Origin: Methanobacteriota archaeon
GTDB lineage: Archaea > Thermoplasmatota > E2 > DHVEG-1
Assembly (NCBI GenBank): GCA_043806635.1
Contig: JAZDGT010000013.1
Coordinates: forward strand, 1 to 59,816
Length of the DNA stretch: 59,816 nucleotides
Reading direction: 5' to 3'
Shown: positions 28,733 through 39,377 of the stretch, piece by piece
How the letters are laid out: the number at the start of each line of letters is the position of its first letter
How positions within the stretch are numbered: position 1 is the stretch's first letter
Made by a program: the position numbers and the translations under genes
Notes under the pieces: generated by a model
Databases searched by the model: none
Told to the model about the DNA's origin: nothing
The model's input: the letters and a program-made list of their open reading frames with translations, nothing else

Positions 28733-30340
28733 TTAATGATGAAACCAGGGGAAATCACGCTGGAAGAACTCAAGATCCAGTAAACTCCAATCATCAGAAT
28801 CATGTCTCCCACGACTCCCATCAGAGTAATCCACCATCTTGTACATCCACCCGTAATTCATCACACTTTTATAGGGGAGCCAACGCCACCAATCAAGCTG
28901 ATACGGATATTTACCTGTTTGCACATCAACACCAGGACTCACAAACCCGAGCGTATGACCCGACTCATGCATATACGCACTCGCGTACACGACATCCCGA
29001 ACATTAAAAGGATTAAACAGTTTTAGAATCCGTGTTTCCGCTTTCTGCTCTAACCCGTTACTAGAAACTTGGAACCGGTCATTCCCGAATGCGTTCCCGT
29101 TTGCCACGTTACACTGGTAAATGACGACTCCGTAGTGGAATACGCCACGCCTCCAGTTACTCTCATTCCCGTGCAGGAAATAATCATCATAGATTTGCAT
29201 TAGCTCACTGGAGCCATGCCCCCAGGACATCTCTGTTTGGTTATCAAACGGGATCATCTCAGATCCGCCTTCATCACCCCAGCTCCCATCATCAAGATGA
29301 TACACGACATTCTGCCTATCATACGCGGTATACAAGAGTTCTTTCGCGCCATCAGGGAAAATACTTGCGGGTTCCCCATTCGGCCCCGCCATCATCTGAT
29401 CCATCTCAATGAACAAGTCTTTCCGGAACGGATCAGACCCCCACTGCGACATCAGATACTCCTCATAGTTATCAAGACCATCATGCTCCAAGTCAATCGT
29501 GGAATGATTATCATACGCGAAGGGATCATATCCCCATTTGAAATCCCAGGACATCGGGATACCATCACCATTCGGATCAAACAAGGAATCGTTTACAACC
29601 GGGCTGGTATTATAGATATTCGTCTCAATCCAGTACGGGATCCCATCACCATCAGGGTCGATCTGAGTGATATCAAACCAGAGTTCGCAATCCCGCTCGT
29701 TCTGATAGATACTCCCGTCATCGCATCCATTAAGTCGCCCGTACCCACTGGGATCGAAAAACAACGGGTCAATAAAGGGCATATATCCAGGGGATGTATA
29801 GTTTTCATCATCAAATTCGTCTTCGAACCAATAGAACGCCCAATCATCATAGGCCCAATGACCTGTTTTCAGGCTGTACCAGATCTCAGCATCAGTATCA
29901 TTGGTTCCCGTCGTGTATTGCTCATCAGCACTAATATCACAGATCTTATCTAAAAGGGGTTTCTCCTCCCAGAGTTGTATCTTCATTTGAACCCATTCTG
30001 TGTCCTTTGGGACAACGACGCTGGTTGACCAGTACGGTGTAATATGTTTTGAGTTCTTCCAGGTTGGACTTGTGAATTCTTCACCGTTGATAATGAGTTT
30101 CACATAAAAACTGGGTTCCTTTAATTTTCCAAAGTCGTCTAATGCTCGTATCTCTTTAATCGTGACTGTGACTTGAATCGTCTCAACTAAGGGATCAAAA
30201 TCGACAAGATCTGTGGTGGAAAGTGTAGTCTTTGGTTGTGTGACTCGTTTGCCTGAGACGGAAAATGAAGACAGCAGTAAGATACTTAATATTGTTAGAC
30301 AAGATAACCGTTGGATTAGTTTCATGTTCATAATACTCAT
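28733..30340 (-). CDS. Secreted zinc metallopeptidase (metzincin-like) with C2-like and Ca-binding DxDGDG modules
   Basis: Signal peptide; DPDGDGIP and DPNGDGIP; HESGHTLG plus Met-turn SVMNY. Confidence 0.75.
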   Translation of the reverse strand: MSIMNMKLIQRLSCLTILSILLLSSFSVSGKRVTQPKTTLSTTDLVDFDPLVETIQVTVTIKEIRALDDFGKLKEPSFYVKLIINGEEFTSPTWKNSKHITPYWSTSVVVPKDTEWVQMKIQLWEEKPLLDKICDISADEQYTTGTNDTDAEIWYSLKTGHWAYDDWAFYWFEDEFDDENYTSPGYMPFIDPLFFDPSGYGRLNGCDDGSIYQNERDCELWFDITQIDPDGDGIPYWIETNIYNTSPVVNDSLFDPNGDGIPMSWDFKWGYDPFAYDNHSTIDLEHDGLDNYEEYLMSQWGSDPFRKDLFIEMDQMMAGPNGEPASIFPDGAKELLYTAYDRQNVVYHLDDGSWGDEGGSEMIPFDNQTEMSWGHGSSELMQIYDDYFLHGNESNWRRGVFHYGVVIYQCNVANGNAFGNDRFQVSSNGLEQKAETRILKLFNPFNVRDVVYASAYMHESGHTLGFVSPGVDVQTGKYPYQLDWWRWLPYKSVMNYGWMYKMVDYSDGSRGRHDSDDWSLLDLEFFQRDFPWFHH

Positions 30341-30653
30341 AGTCTCCCAGTAAGGATATTATATGATTCTTCTTAGGTATTAATGTAATTAACACTCCTA
30401 TATATAATTTTTCACAATCTACTAAAAAAATACGGTATTCTTCTGGTCTCTCTAATTAATAAAAAAATTTTATATTGCTGTATTACTCATGTAATGAAGT
30501 ATGTTTGTCTCAAATCCTCCTTGTTTATGGGGGTATATGTGTGAAACCTCCATAAAAAATTAACATGTGTTAATATTTTTTTAGCGTAAACAACCAGAAC
30601 CTCCCCTTTTCCCCACAATCATTTTTTAAAGCAAAAACCAATTCACCAAGACC

Positions 30654-31436
30654 ATGTACCTCATCAAAATCGGCGGAAGCGTCCTCACCGACAAACGAAA
30701 ACAAAACACGTTCAAACAAAGAATCATGCACCAACTCGCCACCGAAATCACACAAACACAACAACCACTCATCCTCATACACGGCGCAGGATCATACGGA
30801 CACATCCTCGCCAAACACTACCGCCTCAACCAAGGATGCACAAACAAGAACCAACTCAACGGCGCTGCACTCACCCAAGCCAATGTCCACCTCCTCAACC
30901 ACCTCGTCCTCAAAGAACTCCACAAACAAAACATACCCGCAATCTCACTCCCCCCGCATACGTACCTTACCCTCAACAACCACCGAATGTCCACCATCAC
31001 TTACACCTTCTTCGACAATTACCTCAAACAAGGGTTCACCCCCATCACCTACGGCGACGTCGTTCTCGACAAAACACTCGGCTTCTCCATCTGCTCCGGC
31101 GACCTCCTCATCGAAACACTCGCAAAACACTTCAAACCAGAAAAAATCATCTTCGTCATCGACGAAGACGGCCTCTACACCACCAACCCAAAACAAGACC
31201 CACACGCCACACTCATCAAAACCATCACTGAAAAAGAACTCAAACGAATCACCACCACCGCCGATAAACACGCAGACGTGACAGAAGGAATGAAAGGAAA
31301 GATTAATACAATACAACGGGTTGCACACATGGGAATACCCACCGTAGTCGTCAACGGAACCATACCCAAACGACTCTCCCAAATCTTAAGAGGAAAGGAG
31401 GCCCTATGCACGAATATTCATGGAACAAAACCATGA
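30654..31436 (+). CDS. ipk: Isopentenyl phosphate kinase
   Basis: IKIGGSVLTDK, HGAGSYGH, ICSGD, DVTEGMKGK; next to fni. Confidence 0.92.
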   Translation: MYLIKIGGSVLTDKRKQNTFKQRIMHQLATEITQTQQPLILIHGAGSYGHILAKHYRLNQGCTNKNQLNGAALTQANVHLLNHLVLKELHKQNIPAISLPPHTYLTLNNHRMSTITYTFFDNYLKQGFTPITYGDVVLDKTLGFSICSGDLLIETLAKHFKPEKIIFVIDEDGLYTTNPKQDPHATLIKTITEKELKRITTTADKHADVTEGMKGKINTIQRVAHMGIPTVVVNGTIPKRLSQILRGKEALCTNIHGTKP

Positions 31437-32488
31437 ACCATGCAAATCAAACAGAAGAACGCAAACGCGAACACATCCAAATCAGCCTAGAAGAAGACGT
31501 CTCCGCCCATCACAACTATTGGGACGACGTTACCCTTATCCACAACGCCCTCCCCGAGATCAACGCAGACGAAATCACTACCACAACCAAACTCTTCGGA
31601 AAAAAACTCGGTGCCCCCCTCATCATCGCTGGCATGACCGGTGGATTCAAAGAAGGAAAAAAGATTAATGAAAACCTCGCCGCAGCCGCAGAAAAATATC
31701 AACTCGGCATGGGCGTCGGATCACAACGCGCCGCACTCGAAAACCCTCAACTCGAAGACACCTACAGCATCATCAAAGACTACAACATCCCTCTGAAGAT
31801 CGCGAACATCGGTGCATCACAAATAGTCCTCTGGGATAAGAAAAAAATACTTGAATACGCGAACACGATCGTCAATATGATCGATGCAGACGTCCTCGCC
31901 GTCTGCCTGAATTTTTTACAAGAAATCGTACAACCTGAAGGACAAGCACACGCGAAAGGCTGCCTCGATACCATCACTATGCTTTCCAAAGAATTCAACA
32001 AACCAGTCATCATAAAAGAAAGCGGCGCAGGCATCTCCGCACATATCGCAACCATGCTCATGAAAACCAAGATAGCTGGTATCGACGTCGGCGGCGCAGG
32101 AGGCACCTCATTCGCTGCTGTAGAATACTATCGAGCACAACTCCTCAACGACGAAAAAAACATGCGCCTCGGAAAAACCTACTGGGACTGGGGCATACCC
32201 ACACCCACATCAATCCTCCAGGTAGAAAAAGCCACAAACAGGAAACTCCCCATCATCGCCACCGGAGGCATACGCAACGGACTCGACGCCGCAAAAGCAC
32301 TCGCCCTCGGCGCACACGCCGCAGGCATCGCCCATGCTATGCTCAAACCCGCAACTCAAGATAAAACCAAAACCATTTTTGAACTTGATGTCATCATAAA
32401 AGAACTCCAAACCGCAATGTTCCTTGTAGGAGCTGATACCATTGATAAACTCACTCACACGGAAGTGGGATATGAACCTAAAAACTGA
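31433..32488 (+). CDS. fni: Type 2 isopentenyl-diphosphate delta-isomerase
   Basis: RKREHI, AGMTGG, GVGSQRA, KESGAG, GGTSFAAVE, WDWGIPT; ATGA overlap with ipk. Confidence 0.95.
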   Translation: MNHANQTEERKREHIQISLEEDVSAHHNYWDDVTLIHNALPEINADEITTTTKLFGKKLGAPLIIAGMTGGFKEGKKINENLAAAAEKYQLGMGVGSQRAALENPQLEDTYSIIKDYNIPLKIANIGASQIVLWDKKKILEYANTIVNMIDADVLAVCLNFLQEIVQPEGQAHAKGCLDTITMLSKEFNKPVIIKESGAGISAHIATMLMKTKIAGIDVGGAGGTSFAAVEYYRAQLLNDEKNMRLGKTYWDWGIPTPTSILQVEKATNRKLPIIATGGIRNGLDAAKALALGAHAAGIAHAMLKPATQDKTKTIFELDVIIKELQTAMFLVGADTIDKLTHTEVGYEPKN

Positions 32489-33455
32489 GCTTGCCAAACG
32501 ATGCGACCTCTTCAAAGCATATTGGCAACGCTACCTCACCGAAGAAGACCCCGTGAACCTCTACCAGGCTGCATATCACCTCCCGCGAGCAGGCGGGAAA
32601 CACCTTAGACCCTGCCTCGCCCTCCTCGCCGGAGAAAGCGTCCAAGGAAAACAAGACTACATCCTCCCTTTTGCATCAGCACTAGAACTCATCCATAACT
32701 TCACCCTCGTCCACGACGACATCATGGACAAATCCACACTCAGACGCAACATCCCCACCGTACACACAAAATACAGCGAGCCCACCGCGATACTCGCTGG
32801 GGACCTCCTCTTCGCAAAAGCATTCGCTGCATTATATGATCTTACCGTCGACTATCCGACCTACAAAGAACTCACCAACGCACTCGTCCACTGCGTCCTT
32901 GAAATCTGTGAAGGACAACAACTCGACATGGAGTACCAACAAAAAACCAAGGTCACCGAAGCAGAATACCTCACCATGGTCCATAAAAAAACCGCGGTAC
33001 TCTTCAGACTTGCCGCACGAGGAGGAGCTATACTTGGGGGCGGAACCACAAAAGAAATACAAGCACTTACGGATTACGGAACCTGTCTCGGGCTCTCCTT
33101 CCAAATCTGGGACGACTACCTTGACCTCAGCAGCTCAAAAGCAGTACTCGGAAAAGACATCGGCAACGACATCAGAAACGGCAAAAAGACACTCATCGCC
33201 GTTCATGCGTTATCCCATGCCCAGGGCAACGACAAAAAAATTTTTTCCACGATCTTCGGAAACCCGAAAGCCACAGAGAAAGACATCCGAACCATTCTCA
33301 CCCTCTTCCGCGACCTCGACTCAATCGATTATGCGAAACGCACCGCCTCCAATTATACCACTGAAGCAAAAAAAACACTTGAGAACCTTAAAGACTCACC
33401 AGCGAGAGAGATATTAACACAACTCATCGACTACACGATGCAAAGAGAAAAATAA
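32472..33455 (+). CDS. idsA: Geranylgeranyl diphosphate synthase (polyprenyl synthase)
   Basis: GGKHLRP, FTLVHDDIMD (FARM), GQQLD, KKT, FQIWDDYLD (SARM). Confidence 0.9.
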   Translation: MNLKTELAKRCDLFKAYWQRYLTEEDPVNLYQAAYHLPRAGGKHLRPCLALLAGESVQGKQDYILPFASALELIHNFTLVHDDIMDKSTLRRNIPTVHTKYSEPTAILAGDLLFAKAFAALYDLTVDYPTYKELTNALVHCVLEICEGQQLDMEYQQKTKVTEAEYLTMVHKKTAVLFRLAARGGAILGGGTTKEIQALTDYGTCLGLSFQIWDDYLDLSSSKAVLGKDIGNDIRNGKKTLIAVHALSHAQGNDKKIFSTIFGNPKATEKDIRTILTLFRDLDSIDYAKRTASNYTTEAKKTLENLKDSPAREILTQLIDYTMQREK

Positions 33456-33456
33456 C

Positions 33457-35178
33457 ATGACTTCAGAGAAAATCCAGAAGACGGCACGCATCTACGCGCT
33501 GCAGAACGCGGTTCTGTTCAATGGGAAAGCAGACGGAAAAGCAGTCACCGGGAAAGTCATTGCTGCATTAAAAAATGAATCTTTTTCACCGAAAGATATT
33601 GTCCCTGTCGTCCGGGCTGTTACTGACGAAGTGAACCGTCTCACCCCTGAGCAGCAAATAAAGGAACTCACCAAGCTCGCGCCAGATCTGCTCCATAAAG
33701 AGAAGAAGGAGCGTGATTTTAGCCTCCCTGAACTCCCTCATGCGGAGAACGGGAAGGTGGTGACTCGTTTTCCTCCGGAGCCGAATGGGTATCTGCATAT
33801 TGGTCATGCGAAGGCCGCGATTATTGATCATGAGTATGCGCGATTGTATGATGGACGATTCATTCTGCGTTTTGATGATACGAACCCGGAGAATGAGCAG
33901 GAGATGTTTTATGAGGTGCAGCGGGAGGATCTCCGCTGGCTTGGAATAACCTGGGATAAAGAGTATAATACTTCTGATAATCTTGAGACTCATTATCGGC
34001 TTGCAGAGCAGTTGATTCACCAGGGTCATGCGTACATGTGTGACTGTGTATCAGAGGTGGTGAAGGATGGCCGTTTCCATGGAAAACCATGCAAATGCAG
34101 GAGTATATCTCCTGGTGAGACGGGTGATCATTGGAAGGAGATGCTTACCTCTGGTGAGTTAACCGGTGCGATTCTTCGGTTGAAAGGTGATCTGAAGAGT
34201 GCGAATACGGCGATGCGTGATCCAACATTGTTCCGGGTTATTGAGACGCCGCATCCGTTGAAGGGGACGCGGTATCGGGTGTGGCCGACGTATGATTTCG
34301 CGGGTGCGGTGGAGGATAGTATTAGTGGGGTGACTCATCCGTTTCGGACGAAGGAGTATGAGCTCAGGGATGAAGTGTATTTCTATATTTTGTCGTTGTT
34401 GAATCTTCGGAAACCGTTTTTGATGGAGTTCGCGCGGTTGAGTATTCAGGGGATGCCGGTGTCGAAGCGGAAGATTAAACCGTTGATTGAGAACGGGCAG
34501 GTTTCAGGGTATGATGATGTTCGGTTACCGACGCTTCGCGGGTTACAGCGACGGGGTATCGTTGCTGAGGCGATTAAACAGTTCGTGCTTTCTCAGGGTA
34601 TTTCGAAGGCTGAGTCTGAGGTCTCGTTTAGTCTTGTTGAAGCGATGAATAGGAAGATTCTGGATCCGCTTTCGAAGCGGTATTTTTTTGTGCCGAACCC
34701 GGTGAAACTCACAGTGAAGGATGCGCCAGAACGTACAGTTCATCTCAAGATGCATCCGACCATGGATTTTGGTGAACGAATACTGACGACGAATACCACG
34801 TTTTTTATCCCTCAGGGTGACGTTGATGAGTTAAAGATGGGGGACGTGTTCCGACTGAAGGATTTACTCAATGTCCGTCTTATAAAAAAAGGGGAAGAGC
34901 TAGTAGGTGAGTACGCGGGGGGGAAACCACTTACGGACACCCCGAAAATCCAATGGACGACAGAGAATCATAAGAAAATGAAGCTTTTCATCCCTGGTCT
35001 CCTGTTTGATGCGAACGAGGTGTATAACCCGGGGAGTCTGCAGGAAGTCGATGGGTTCGCGGAGAACGCGGTATCGCAGGTGAAGACTGGGGAGATTATT
35101 CAATGTGAACGAATCGGTTTTGTCCGAGTGGAACACGCGAAAAATGGGGATATTACCGGGTTTTTTGCTCATAAGTAA
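33457..35178 (+). CDS. gltX: Glutamate-tRNA ligase (archaeal type)
   Basis: RFPPEPNGYLHIGH, RFDDTNP, WPTYDFA, VSKRK, GYDDVRLPTL. Confidence 0.96.
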   Translation: MTSEKIQKTARIYALQNAVLFNGKADGKAVTGKVIAALKNESFSPKDIVPVVRAVTDEVNRLTPEQQIKELTKLAPDLLHKEKKERDFSLPELPHAENGKVVTRFPPEPNGYLHIGHAKAAIIDHEYARLYDGRFILRFDDTNPENEQEMFYEVQREDLRWLGITWDKEYNTSDNLETHYRLAEQLIHQGHAYMCDCVSEVVKDGRFHGKPCKCRSISPGETGDHWKEMLTSGELTGAILRLKGDLKSANTAMRDPTLFRVIETPHPLKGTRYRVWPTYDFAGAVEDSISGVTHPFRTKEYELRDEVYFYILSLLNLRKPFLMEFARLSIQGMPVSKRKIKPLIENGQVSGYDDVRLPTLRGLQRRGIVAEAIKQFVLSQGISKAESEVSFSLVEAMNRKILDPLSKRYFFVPNPVKLTVKDAPERTVHLKMHPTMDFGERILTTNTTFFIPQGDVDELKMGDVFRLKDLLNVRLIKKGEELVGEYAGGKPLTDTPKIQWTTENHKKMKLFIPGLLFDANEVYNPGSLQEVDGFAENAVSQVKTGEIIQCERIGFVRVEHAKNGDITGFFAHK

Positions 35179-35227
35179 ACTATTTATACTTTTTTAGCAT
35201 TTGATTCTGCATTGGATGGGATTGAGC

Positions 35228-35920
35228 ATGAATGCCTTTACACGAGTCGTGATAGGGTTAGTGATAGTTTTAGTAGCAACATTGACCGTAGCTGAAACGG
35301 TTGGAGCTGCGAGTCGGATAGGCCCGGATATGACCGGGGTGACCATTGGGGTTATCGTTGCGGTCATCGCCATCATCATCACCTTGTTTTTTGTTGCTGG
35401 TGGAATAAAATACGTTACCCCTGAGAATGTTCTTGATACGGAGATACGGAAAAACCTGTATGAGTATCTGGATGAATGCCCAGGGTCTCATCTCCGGGAG
35501 ATTGCTCGTGAGCTGAACCTGAAACCGAGTAACGCCGCATGGCACCTCCGGAAACTCGAACAAACGAACCTGGTACGAAGCCGTATGATTGGTGGGAAAA
35601 AAGTGTTTTACCTTGTCGAGGGTGGTATAGAGGTCCGGAAACTCGCGATCGCGGAGTCCATACTCAGAAATGAGAACGCGAAAAACATCATGCAATACCT
35701 GAATGATCACCCAGGGAAACACCTGCTTGAGATCGCTCATGCTCTGGATCTGAATCATCATGTCGTGAAATGGCATCTGAAAAAAATGCATATGGCCGAG
35801 CTCATTGAAGGCGATACCAGCCATTCCGTCTACCCAGTCTATTATCCGACTGAGGTAGGTGCGGAAGCCTTAGAAAGCTTCAACAATTACACTGGAAGAA
35901 TGATCAAGGTCACCGCATAA
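35228..35920 (+). CDS. Membrane-anchored tandem winged-HTH regulator
   Basis: Two N-terminal TM helices; PGSHLREIARELNL..WHLRKLE and PGKHLLEIAHALDL..WHLKKM. Confidence 0.8.
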   Translation: MNAFTRVVIGLVIVLVATLTVAETVGAASRIGPDMTGVTIGVIVAVIAIIITLFFVAGGIKYVTPENVLDTEIRKNLYEYLDECPGSHLREIARELNLKPSNAAWHLRKLEQTNLVRSRMIGGKKVFYLVEGGIEVRKLAIAESILRNENAKNIMQYLNDHPGKHLLEIAHALDLNHHVVKWHLKKMHMAELIEGDTSHSVYPVYYPTEVGAEALESFNNYTGRMIKVTA

Positions 35921-35933
35921 AAAAAATATTTTT

Positions 35934-36206
35934 TTAGAGTCGGCCGACGTCAACGACTTCAACGTTCTCCACTTTTTTTATTGTGGAGAGCGCCTCAACG
36001 ATCGGGTCTAACCCGCCTTCGGAATCTGGGACAAGAACCGTTACGTTCAGCCCTCGTAACCCGAACGCGATGTCTTTTACTTCAACACGGCCGAGTTTCA
36101 CGGGTGGTTTCACTATTTTTTTTATCTCATCCATCATGGTCTGTAGTTGTTTATCCGTCATCATTCCGTCAGGCATTACTCGGATTAATGCGATTACTTC
36201 CCCCAT
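35934..36206 (-). CDS. ef1b: Translation elongation factor aEF-1beta
   Basis: MGEVIALIRVMP..IAFGLRGL..EGGLDPIVE..VENVEVVDVGRL. Confidence 0.93.
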   Translation of the reverse strand: MGEVIALIRVMPDGMMTDKQLQTMMDEIKKIVKPPVKLGRVEVKDIAFGLRGLNVTVLVPDSEGGLDPIVEALSTIKKVENVEVVDVGRL

Positions 36207-36229
36207 ACTATGCTCCCTCTTCTTGTGTT

Positions 36230-36394
36230 CTATGGCCCTATAAACCCGCATTTTAGGCAGGTGAAATGTATGCTTTGTTCCCGGCAACCATTGCACCGTC
36301 CAATGACGGCTTCACAGTGTGGACAGGGGAATGTGGTTGACCCTTGGGTAAGCAGTCCTTTTCCGCAGGTGATACAGGTTTCGGCTTTTTTCAT
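36230..36394 (-). CDS. 54-aa zinc-ribbon protein, HVO_2753/DUF1610 family (not in ORF track)
   Basis: MKKAETCITCGK..FPCPHC..IGRCNGCREQ..FTCLKCGFIGP; conserved archaeal position upstream of EF-1beta. Confidence 0.88.
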   Translation of the reverse strand: MKKAETCITCGKGLLTQGSTTFPCPHCEAVIGRCNGCREQSIHFTCLKCGFIGP

Positions 36395-36477
36395 AGGATG
36401 TGCTGAATAGGGTACCTGTTTTTAAATGTGACGCCTCCAACATTCTCCATCAAAATCCTCATGTAAAACGATAGTTT

Positions 36478-37539
36478 TCATCGATGTTTCTCAAACGCAT
36501 CCAATGAGAACGAGGTGATCGACTTAAAAATACGATACTGAAACACGGCACCAACCAGGAGACCCATATGGTAGGTAATCAATCGGAACAGGATCACAAA
36601 CACCCCGATGAACGGTGATTCAACAAACAAGGTGTATAACCCGGCGAAACTCAACTCAACCACCCCCGTACTCCCAGGAGTCGTCGGCATCATCGCGATC
36701 ACCACCAACAACACCTGAGCAGCAATCGACTGAATAAACACCGGCGGAAGATTCAACCCGAGCAGGATCATCGATGGAATCAAAAACCCGGATATCCACA
36801 TCAGCACCGTCAGAGCACTCGCACCAAGAAACGCTTTCTTTCCCCCGGTAAGAAAAAACACCATACTCGAATGGAAATTATCTACTTCACGATTAATCTT
36901 ATTCACAATCTTCTTCGTGTTTTTTTTCTTCAACAATCGATTAAACTTCTCATTCGCACGAATCAAAAACGATTTCGTCTTCTCAGGATATTTTATCGCC
37001 AACGCAAACAAGAGAACGAAAAAGATAAACACAATTACCGCTATCGTTAACCCGATACTTAGGTACTCGACATGGACGAGATCTTTCAGGATGAACACCG
37101 CAAAAGGAAGACAGACCAATAGGAAGATCGCATCAATCAACCGTTCACCCAATACCACCGCGGTTGCGCTACCCGTACTCAACCCATCCTTACTCAACAA
37201 ATAAATACGAACCGGCTCACCACCCGCAAGCGACGGAGTAATCGACGCTAAAAACAGGTTCGCCAACACGATTTTCGTTGACTCCCACCACCCGATACGA
37301 ACCTGGGGATCAATCGCGTTACTCAGCACCTTCAACCGAGCACCCCACAACACCCAATACAGGATACTCAACACCACCGCCACCACAAAAAACTCGTACC
37401 GAAGGGACACCGTGGACAAATACTGGAATGTACTCACATCAACGGTCAGATACAAAATAACCAGAATCACGGTAATACTCAGTGCGACACTGACGATCAC
37501 AGAGAGTTTGATATTCCTCGGTTTTTTCCTATTACCCAC
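36478..37539 (-). CDS. UPF0104 flippase-like membrane protein
   Basis: ASITPSLAGGEPVR, ERLID, PTTPGSTGVVE, FRLITYH; GTG start. Confidence 0.87.
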   Translation of the reverse strand: MGNRKKPRNIKLSVIVSVALSITVILVILYLTVDVSTFQYLSTVSLRYEFFVVAVVLSILYWVLWGARLKVLSNAIDPQVRIGWWESTKIVLANLFLASITPSLAGGEPVRIYLLSKDGLSTGSATAVVLGERLIDAIFLLVCLPFAVFILKDLVHVEYLSIGLTIAVIVFIFFVLLFALAIKYPEKTKSFLIRANEKFNRLLKKKNTKKIVNKINREVDNFHSSMVFFLTGGKKAFLGASALTVLMWISGFLIPSMILLGLNLPPVFIQSIAAQVLLVVIAMMPTTPGSTGVVELSFAGLYTLFVESPFIGVFVILFRLITYHMGLLVGAVFQYRIFKSITSFSLDAFEKHR

Positions 37540-37658
37540 AAGCAGTCATTTTACAAGCGGTTTAATTCCCTTGTGGTTTACACAAAAAACAGGGGGGTTG
37601 AGTAAAACATAAAAAACCTTACATACTGTACGATGATGCAAACACGTACCGTGAACAT

Positions 37659-38609
37659 ATGAAGAAACTCCCCGTAAAAAAATATCTACAAACAATGAAA
37701 TACGCGGCTTCGAACTACCTCGCCAAAGAAAACATTTACCCCTTCTACGCATCCTTTAAAATCACCCATATCTGCAGCCTCCGCTGCAGCTTCTGCAACG
37801 TCTGGATGGAGAAAACACCTGACCTCCCAAAAGAAGACGTCTTCAGAGTCATCGACAACATCGCTAACTCCAGCATCATCGTCCTCAGCCTCGAAGGCGG
37901 AGACCCCCTCACCAGAAAAGACCTCGGCGACATCCTCCAATACGCCCATCAAAAACCGTTCTACCTCTTCTTCACCACCAACGGTCACCTCCTCGATAAA
38001 CGACCAATGAAGGAATACGGGAAACACATCGACTACCTCCACATCAGCATCGACGAAGGACATGACAACCTACAATTCTTCGAACGACTCGAAGAATTCC
38101 AAAGCTACGGCCCAGAGATCTGCATCCAGATCGTCGTCACCAAAGACACCCTCCCCGACTTAGAAGAAAAAGTCAAACGAATACACAAAGTAAATGCCAG
38201 AACCGTGGTCATGCCCGCCTGCCACCTCGACGGAACCGACGACTACTACCCCTCACCAGAAACATTCCGCGCCGAACTCCTCAGACTCAAAAAGAAATAC
38301 CCCAACACCATCACCACACCCAAAGGATTCCTCGACAACATCAACAAACCACACGGGTGCTCGCCTTCCTCCGTCATCATCGACTCAGACGGCGGCCTCT
38401 TCTACCCCTGCCGAACCGTCGGAGAACGATTCTACAACTTCACTGAAGGATCCTTCATGGACTTCCTCAAAACCAAGGATGCACAACACGCAAGAGACGC
38501 GATGAAACAATGCCCGCGCTGCTGCGGCTGGTATCAATACTTCGCCACCGACGTCTTCGCGTCCCCACTCTCGATACTCTCTTCACTCAGCCCGTATCTC
38601 TTCAAATAA
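37659..38609 (+). CDS. Radical SAM protein with C-terminal SPASM/twitch-like cysteines
   Basis: CSLRCSFC, EGGDP, TTNG, ISID; C-terminal C..IDSDG..YPC..CPRCC. Confidence 0.9.
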   Translation: MKKLPVKKYLQTMKYAASNYLAKENIYPFYASFKITHICSLRCSFCNVWMEKTPDLPKEDVFRVIDNIANSSIIVLSLEGGDPLTRKDLGDILQYAHQKPFYLFFTTNGHLLDKRPMKEYGKHIDYLHISIDEGHDNLQFFERLEEFQSYGPEICIQIVVTKDTLPDLEEKVKRIHKVNARTVVMPACHLDGTDDYYPSPETFRAELLRLKKKYPNTITTPKGFLDNINKPHGCSPSSVIIDSDGGLFYPCRTVGERFYNFTEGSFMDFLKTKDAQHARDAMKQCPRCCGWYQYFATDVFASPLSILSSLSPYLFK

Positions 38610-38640
38610 AAAAAACTGATACACACAAATTTTTTTTTTT

Positions 38641-39339
38641 TTAGTCTCTCACCGGCTCATACTCATCCTGAATCGGCTGCTTATACTTCAGTAAATGAAA
38701 AAAATTCCTCGTATTAAACACCACATATTTCAACAGCCCCCACCGCCGAATCCGACGCATCGACACCCGCACACAAGAAAACGAATGAACAATCTTCCCC
38801 TCTTCCTTAATCCTCAGAAACATACTCGTATCCTCACCCGTGATCTGATCAACCAGGAACCCCCCTGCCTCCAACGCCTCTTTCCTACGAAACGCCATGT
38901 TCTGCCCCGTCACCATCGGAATACCCACCTTAAACAACATTCCCGCGAGCACCCCCAACACCGCAGCCATACCAAACGACTCAAACCACGTCCCATCATG
39001 AGGAATGGCAATCCCTGCAACACCGACTACCTTCGGGTGAGAAAACGGATGAACAATCCGCTCAAACCACAACTCCGCAGGCACCACATCCGCATCCACA
39101 TAACACACAATATCCCCTGTCGCTGTCCGCAACCCGGTATCCCGAGCAGCCGCGATCGTCTTCTTCTTCTCTACAATCACTACTGCGCCAAGACGTTCCG
39201 CGATACCCGCCGTGTTATCCGTACTCTCCCCATCCACCACGATGATCTCAGCAGACGGCGCCTGCTTTTTCACCTCAGTGATACAAGCAACGATATTCTC
39301 CTCTTCATTCAACGCCGGAATAACCACCGAATACCTCAT
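38641..39339 (-). CDS. Glycosyltransferase family 2
   Basis: SVVIPALNEE, VVDGESTD, VDAD, GED, SMRR. Confidence 0.9.
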   Translation of the reverse strand: MRYSVVIPALNEEENIVACITEVKKQAPSAEIIVVDGESTDNTAGIAERLGAVVIVEKKKTIAAARDTGLRTATGDIVCYVDADVVPAELWFERIVHPFSHPKVVGVAGIAIPHDGTWFESFGMAAVLGVLAGMLFKVGIPMVTGQNMAFRRKEALEAGGFLVDQITGEDTSMFLRIKEEGKIVHSFSCVRVSMRRIRRWGLLKYVVFNTRNFFHLLKYKQPIQDEYEPVRD

Positions 39340-39377
39340 ACTTTATCCCTCTCACACAAATACGGAAACAGGAACAT

